Positions 60,878-64,000 of a DNA stretch of 64,000 nt are shown here, piece after piece. Source of the stretch: an uncultured Eubacteriales bacterium (GTDB taxonomy: Bacteria; Bacillota; Clostridia; TANB77; CAG-508); assembly GCA_949294555.1 (NCBI GenBank), contig CASFHP010000008.1, positions 583 through 64,582 of the forward strand. The letters run 5' to 3'. Below the pieces are notes generated by a model. It ran no database searches and was not told the DNA's origin. It saw only the letters and a list, made by a program, of their open reading frames with translations. The translations under genes were made by a program, and so were the position numbers. Every line of letters begins with the position of its first letter. Within the stretch, counting starts at the first letter, position 1.

Positions 60878-60919
60878 TGAGAGTGATTTATTGATAATTA
60901 CTCTCATTTATGATATTAT
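60878..60919 (+). promoter_or_regulatory. Hairpin/promoter module (copy 1)
   Basis: tgagagtgatt...aattactctca hairpin containing TTGATA, then 17 nt, then TATTAT preceded by TGn. Confidence 0.6.
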
Positions 60920-60956
60920 CTAGGCAATAAGTAGAATTTTTAAGTGAGTGGTAGCA

Positions 60957-61346
60957 ATGGATAATAATATAGAAATAGAATATTTAACACCAAATCATTA
61001 TAATATGGCAATTACTTCTAATATAGAAAAAGAGTTAGATAGAGAACATGAAATATATACTGAAGAACCAGAAATAAAGGATTGTTTAGTAATTAAACAT
61101 TTAGTAGTGAAAAAAGAATATAGATGTCTAAATATTGCAACTCAACTAATAGAAAATCTAAAGGAATATTCTAAACAGAATAAAATAAAAAATCTATATT
61201 TATGGACTACTCCAGATAATAAAGTGGCACTAAAATTTTATAAAAAAATAGGATTTTATAAAATGGGAGATTATAGACCAGCAAATGGAACTTTTCAAGG
61301 ATTAAATAATTTTCATTCAATAATGATGGTTTATAAAGTGAAATAA
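60957..61346 (+). CDS. GNAT-family N-acetyltransferase
   Basis: HLVVKKEYRCLNIATQL, DNKVALKFYKKIGF. Confidence 0.8.
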   Translation: MDNNIEIEYLTPNHYNMAITSNIEKELDREHEIYTEEPEIKDCLVIKHLVVKKEYRCLNIATQLIENLKEYSKQNKIKNLYLWTTPDNKVALKFYKKIGFYKMGDYRPANGTFQGLNNFHSIMMVYKVK

Positions 61347-61364
61347 AATATAAAGGAGAAAGTC

Positions 61365-62063
61365 ATGAAATTGAATAATATAAGAGCAATATTTTTTGAT
61401 GCAGATGATACGATAGTAGACCATAAAGAATGTGAAAGACAAGCATTATTATTTTTATTTAGTAAAATAGACAAGGAATACAAAGAACAATATCAAAGTA
61501 TTTTTAGACCATTAGATAGAGAATTATGGGATAGTGCTGAACATGGATTAAATACTATTCCAAAGAAAGATATACCTGAATATAGATTTAAAGAATTTTT
61601 TAAACGAATAGATTTAAACTATAATGATTATAGAAAAGCAAATGAACTTTTTAAAGAAGGATTAGCAAATTCAACAGCTTTAACAGAAAATGCTTATGAG
61701 ATAACACAATATTTATATTGCAAAAATTATAAATTATATGTAGTTACGAATGGAATAGTTGAATTACAAAAACCACGAATTAGAAATAGTAAAATATCAA
61801 AATTTATTTCTGATATTATTGTGTCAGAGGAAGTGAACAGTTGCAAACCTGATTCTAAAATATTTAGAGTGCTATTAGATAAAATAAATATGAAATCAAA
61901 TGAAGTAATTATGATTGGTGATAGTTTAGAAAAAGATATACAAGGGGCGAAAAATGCTAATCTAAAAGCAATTTGGTATAATCCTGATAATAAAATAAAT
62001 AACACAAAGATTGAGCCATATTATCAAATTACAAATTTAATACAATTAAAAGAGATATTATAA
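61365..62063 (+). CDS. YjjG-like HAD nucleotidase
   Basis: FFDADDTIVD, VTNG, KPD, MIGDSLEKDIQGA. Confidence 0.88.
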   Translation: MKLNNIRAIFFDADDTIVDHKECERQALLFLFSKIDKEYKEQYQSIFRPLDRELWDSAEHGLNTIPKKDIPEYRFKEFFKRIDLNYNDYRKANELFKEGLANSTALTENAYEITQYLYCKNYKLYVVTNGIVELQKPRIRNSKISKFISDIIVSEEVNSCKPDSKIFRVLLDKINMKSNEVIMIGDSLEKDIQGAKNANLKAIWYNPDNKINNTKIEPYYQITNLIQLKEIL

Positions 62064-62117
62064 ATAATTAAATGAATCGAGAAACAAATTATAGAAAAGA
62101 ATGGAGATGAACTAACC

Positions 62118-62594
62118 ATGGCAAATGAAAACAAAAAAGATTTTAATGCTATGATGCAAGATAATAAGGATATGCCTAAAACACAAATTATAACTGATGA
62201 AAAAACAATTAAAAGATATGGTGGAACTAAAATGTTTTTTGCACCACCACTTTATTATGATGAATTGATGAAGAAAGTGCCTAAAGGAAAATTAATTACA
62301 GTAGGTCAGATGAGAGATTATCTTGCAAAACAAAATAATGCTGATTTTACTGATCCTATGACAGCTGGAATATTTGTAAATATTATAGCTTGGGCAAGTT
62401 ATCAAAGAAGTGAAGATATAACACCATATTGGAGAACATTAAAAACAGATGGAGAATTAAATATTAAATATCCAGGAGCAATTGAATTGCAAAAAAGATT
62501 ACTAGAAGAAGAAGGACATACAATTATTTCAAAAGGAAAAAAGAATATTAAATACTATGTTAAAGACTTTGAAAAAAGTTTAGTAGAATTATAA
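62118..62594 (+). CDS. Alkyltransferase-like (ATL/MGMT-family) protein
   Basis: VPKGKLITVG, PYWR in place of PCHR, LQKRLLEEEG. Confidence 0.8.
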   Translation: MANENKKDFNAMMQDNKDMPKTQIITDEKTIKRYGGTKMFFAPPLYYDELMKKVPKGKLITVGQMRDYLAKQNNADFTDPMTAGIFVNIIAWASYQRSEDITPYWRTLKTDGELNIKYPGAIELQKRLLEEEGHTIISKGKKNIKYYVKDFEKSLVEL

Positions 62595-62616
62595 TAATGT
62601 GAAAGTGAGAAATATT

Positions 62617-63162
62617 ATGAAATATATAGCGTTATTACGAGGAATAAATATAAGTGGCAAAAATAAAGTTCCAATGAGTGAATTGAAATTAGAATTAGAA
62701 AAAAATAAATATCAAAATGTTTCTACTTATCTTAATTCTGGCAATGTTATTTTTGAAACTAATATAGATAATAAAGAATCTATAATGGAAGATATTTATA
62801 AAATTATCAAAAGTAAATTTAATCTTGAAATACCTGTTTTTGTTATGACTGCATTTGAACTTGAAGATATATTAAATAATAATCCTAGCTGGTGGGGAAC
62901 GGATAATAAGGAGATATATGATAATTTGATTTTTATTATTCCACCTACAAAATATGAAGAAGTATATAATGCTATTGGAAAACCAAAAGAAGATATAGAA
63001 AAAATAAAAAAATATAATAATTCTATATTTTGGTCGTATGATTTAAAAAATTATAGAAAATCAAATTGGTGGAACAAAACAGCAAGTACAAATATTAGTG
63101 ATAAAATTACTATAAGGACTGCTAATACCATGAAAAAAGTATTAGAAATATGTAAAAAATAA
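62617..63162 (+). CDS. DUF1697 family protein
   Basis: YIALLRGINISGKNKVPM, TYLNSGNVIF, TIRTANT. Confidence 0.9.
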   Translation: MKYIALLRGINISGKNKVPMSELKLELEKNKYQNVSTYLNSGNVIFETNIDNKESIMEDIYKIIKSKFNLEIPVFVMTAFELEDILNNNPSWWGTDNKEIYDNLIFIIPPTKYEEVYNAIGKPKEDIEKIKKYNNSIFWSYDLKNYRKSNWWNKTASTNISDKITIRTANTMKKVLEICKK

Positions 63163-63210
63163 TATAGTGTTTTATAGAAAAATAGTAAAATTTGTAGGGG
63201 AGACTAGAAT

Positions 63211-63747
63211 ATGAGATTAATTAATAAACAAGATTTAGATAAATATAAAAAAGAAGATTATGTATGGTATGCTTGTTATGGATCTAATATAAACTATGAA
63301 AGATTTATGTATTATATAAATGGTGATATAAAAGGAAAATATAGTACAATAAATGGTTGCGAAGATAAGTCAGAACCAATAGAAGAAAGAAAATATATAT
63401 TTGAATGTCCTATTTATTTTGCTGGGAATAGCGAAAGGTGGGATGGAGGAGGTTTTGCTTTTTTAGATTATGAGCATGAGGGAAAAAGTTATGGAAAACT
63501 ATATAAAGTAAAAATGAACCAGTTTAAAGGAATATTAGAACAAGAACAAAGATGTAAATCATATGATGCAATATTATTAGTTGATTATATTGAAGGCTTG
63601 CCCGTTTTTACTTTTACGGCTCAACATAAGTTAAATGATTTATTGCAAAATCCAAGTATTCAATATGTTGAAGTGATAAAGAAGGGATTATTAAGTTTAT
63701 ATGATAACATGGACAGCAATCAAATAGACGCTTATTTAAAAAATTAA
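63211..63747 (+). CDS. Gamma-glutamylcyclotransferase-like hypothetical protein
   Basis: YVWYACYGSN, IYFAGNS..W.GGG.AFL, PSIQYVEVIKKGL. Confidence 0.6.
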   Translation: MRLINKQDLDKYKKEDYVWYACYGSNINYERFMYYINGDIKGKYSTINGCEDKSEPIEERKYIFECPIYFAGNSERWDGGGFAFLDYEHEGKSYGKLYKVKMNQFKGILEQEQRCKSYDAILLVDYIEGLPVFTFTAQHKLNDLLQNPSIQYVEVIKKGLLSLYDNMDSNQIDAYLKN

Positions 63748-63771
63748 AATATTTAAGTAGACAAATTTTGA

Positions 63772-63814
63772 TGAGAGTAGTTATATTGATAATTACTCTT
63801 ATTTATGATAATAT
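63772..63814 (+). promoter_or_regulatory. Hairpin/promoter module (copy 2)
   Basis: Near-identical to 60878-60919; TTGATA-17-TAATAT. Confidence 0.6.
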
Positions 63815-63853
63815 GGAGCAAATAGCAATAGTAATTTGAAAGTGAGATCTAAA

Positions 63854-64000
63854 ATGGAAAATGTAAAGAGAGAAGAACTAGAAAAATTAGTTGGAATTGA
63901 TAAAGTTAATACTTTTTATAATATTGTGAATGAAATAACAAAACTTTATGATATGGAACAAGTATGGAATAACGGTGGGAAAAAATGGACTTATGAATAT
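63854..64000 (+). CDS. DUF3788-like protein, 5' part
   Basis: MENVKREELEKLVG...YDMEQVWNNGGKKWTYEY runs off the window. Confidence 0.55.
   Translation, partial: MENVKREELEKLVGIDKVNTFYNIVNEITKLYDMEQVWNNGGKKWTYEY

Overview
Very AT-rich chromosomal segment of a Clostridia-type (Bacillota) bacterium, almost all on the + strand. The gene set resembles uncultured gut Clostridia, which is inference only. The left 44 kb holds housekeeping and envelope genes: dapA/dapB, GT2 and GT39-like glycosyltransferases, queA-tgt, fabH-fabD-fabG-fabF-accB-fabZ, pfkA, FIST-ALDH-fucO, T-box-valS, a sortase/cohesin/dockerin surface locus, and bceRS-bceAB split by an MqsR/MqsA-Panacea TA pair. The right 20 kb is a co-oriented array of small accessory genes (several ABC exporters, HAD, GNAT, ATL, SdpRI) with gene remnants. 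Four signals stand out. (1) Two otherwise intact genes are each broken by a +1 frame change that falls on a CGG-A codon (3474 and 6232), while by eye in-frame CGG is absent from the native genes; this suggests lineage-specific +1 recoding at CGG. (2) A 34-bp perfect inverted repeat brackets a reverse-facing sigma70 promoter plus a terminator upstream of a pilin-like adhesin, a candidate invertible switch in the OFF state. (3) A non-cellulosomal sortase-cohesin-dockerin surface display locus is present. (4) At least four families of intergenic palindromic elements occur, including 200-280 nt rod-like hairpins, two of which share an identical 52-nt core on divergent stems. All calls come from reading the sequence; no searches were run.
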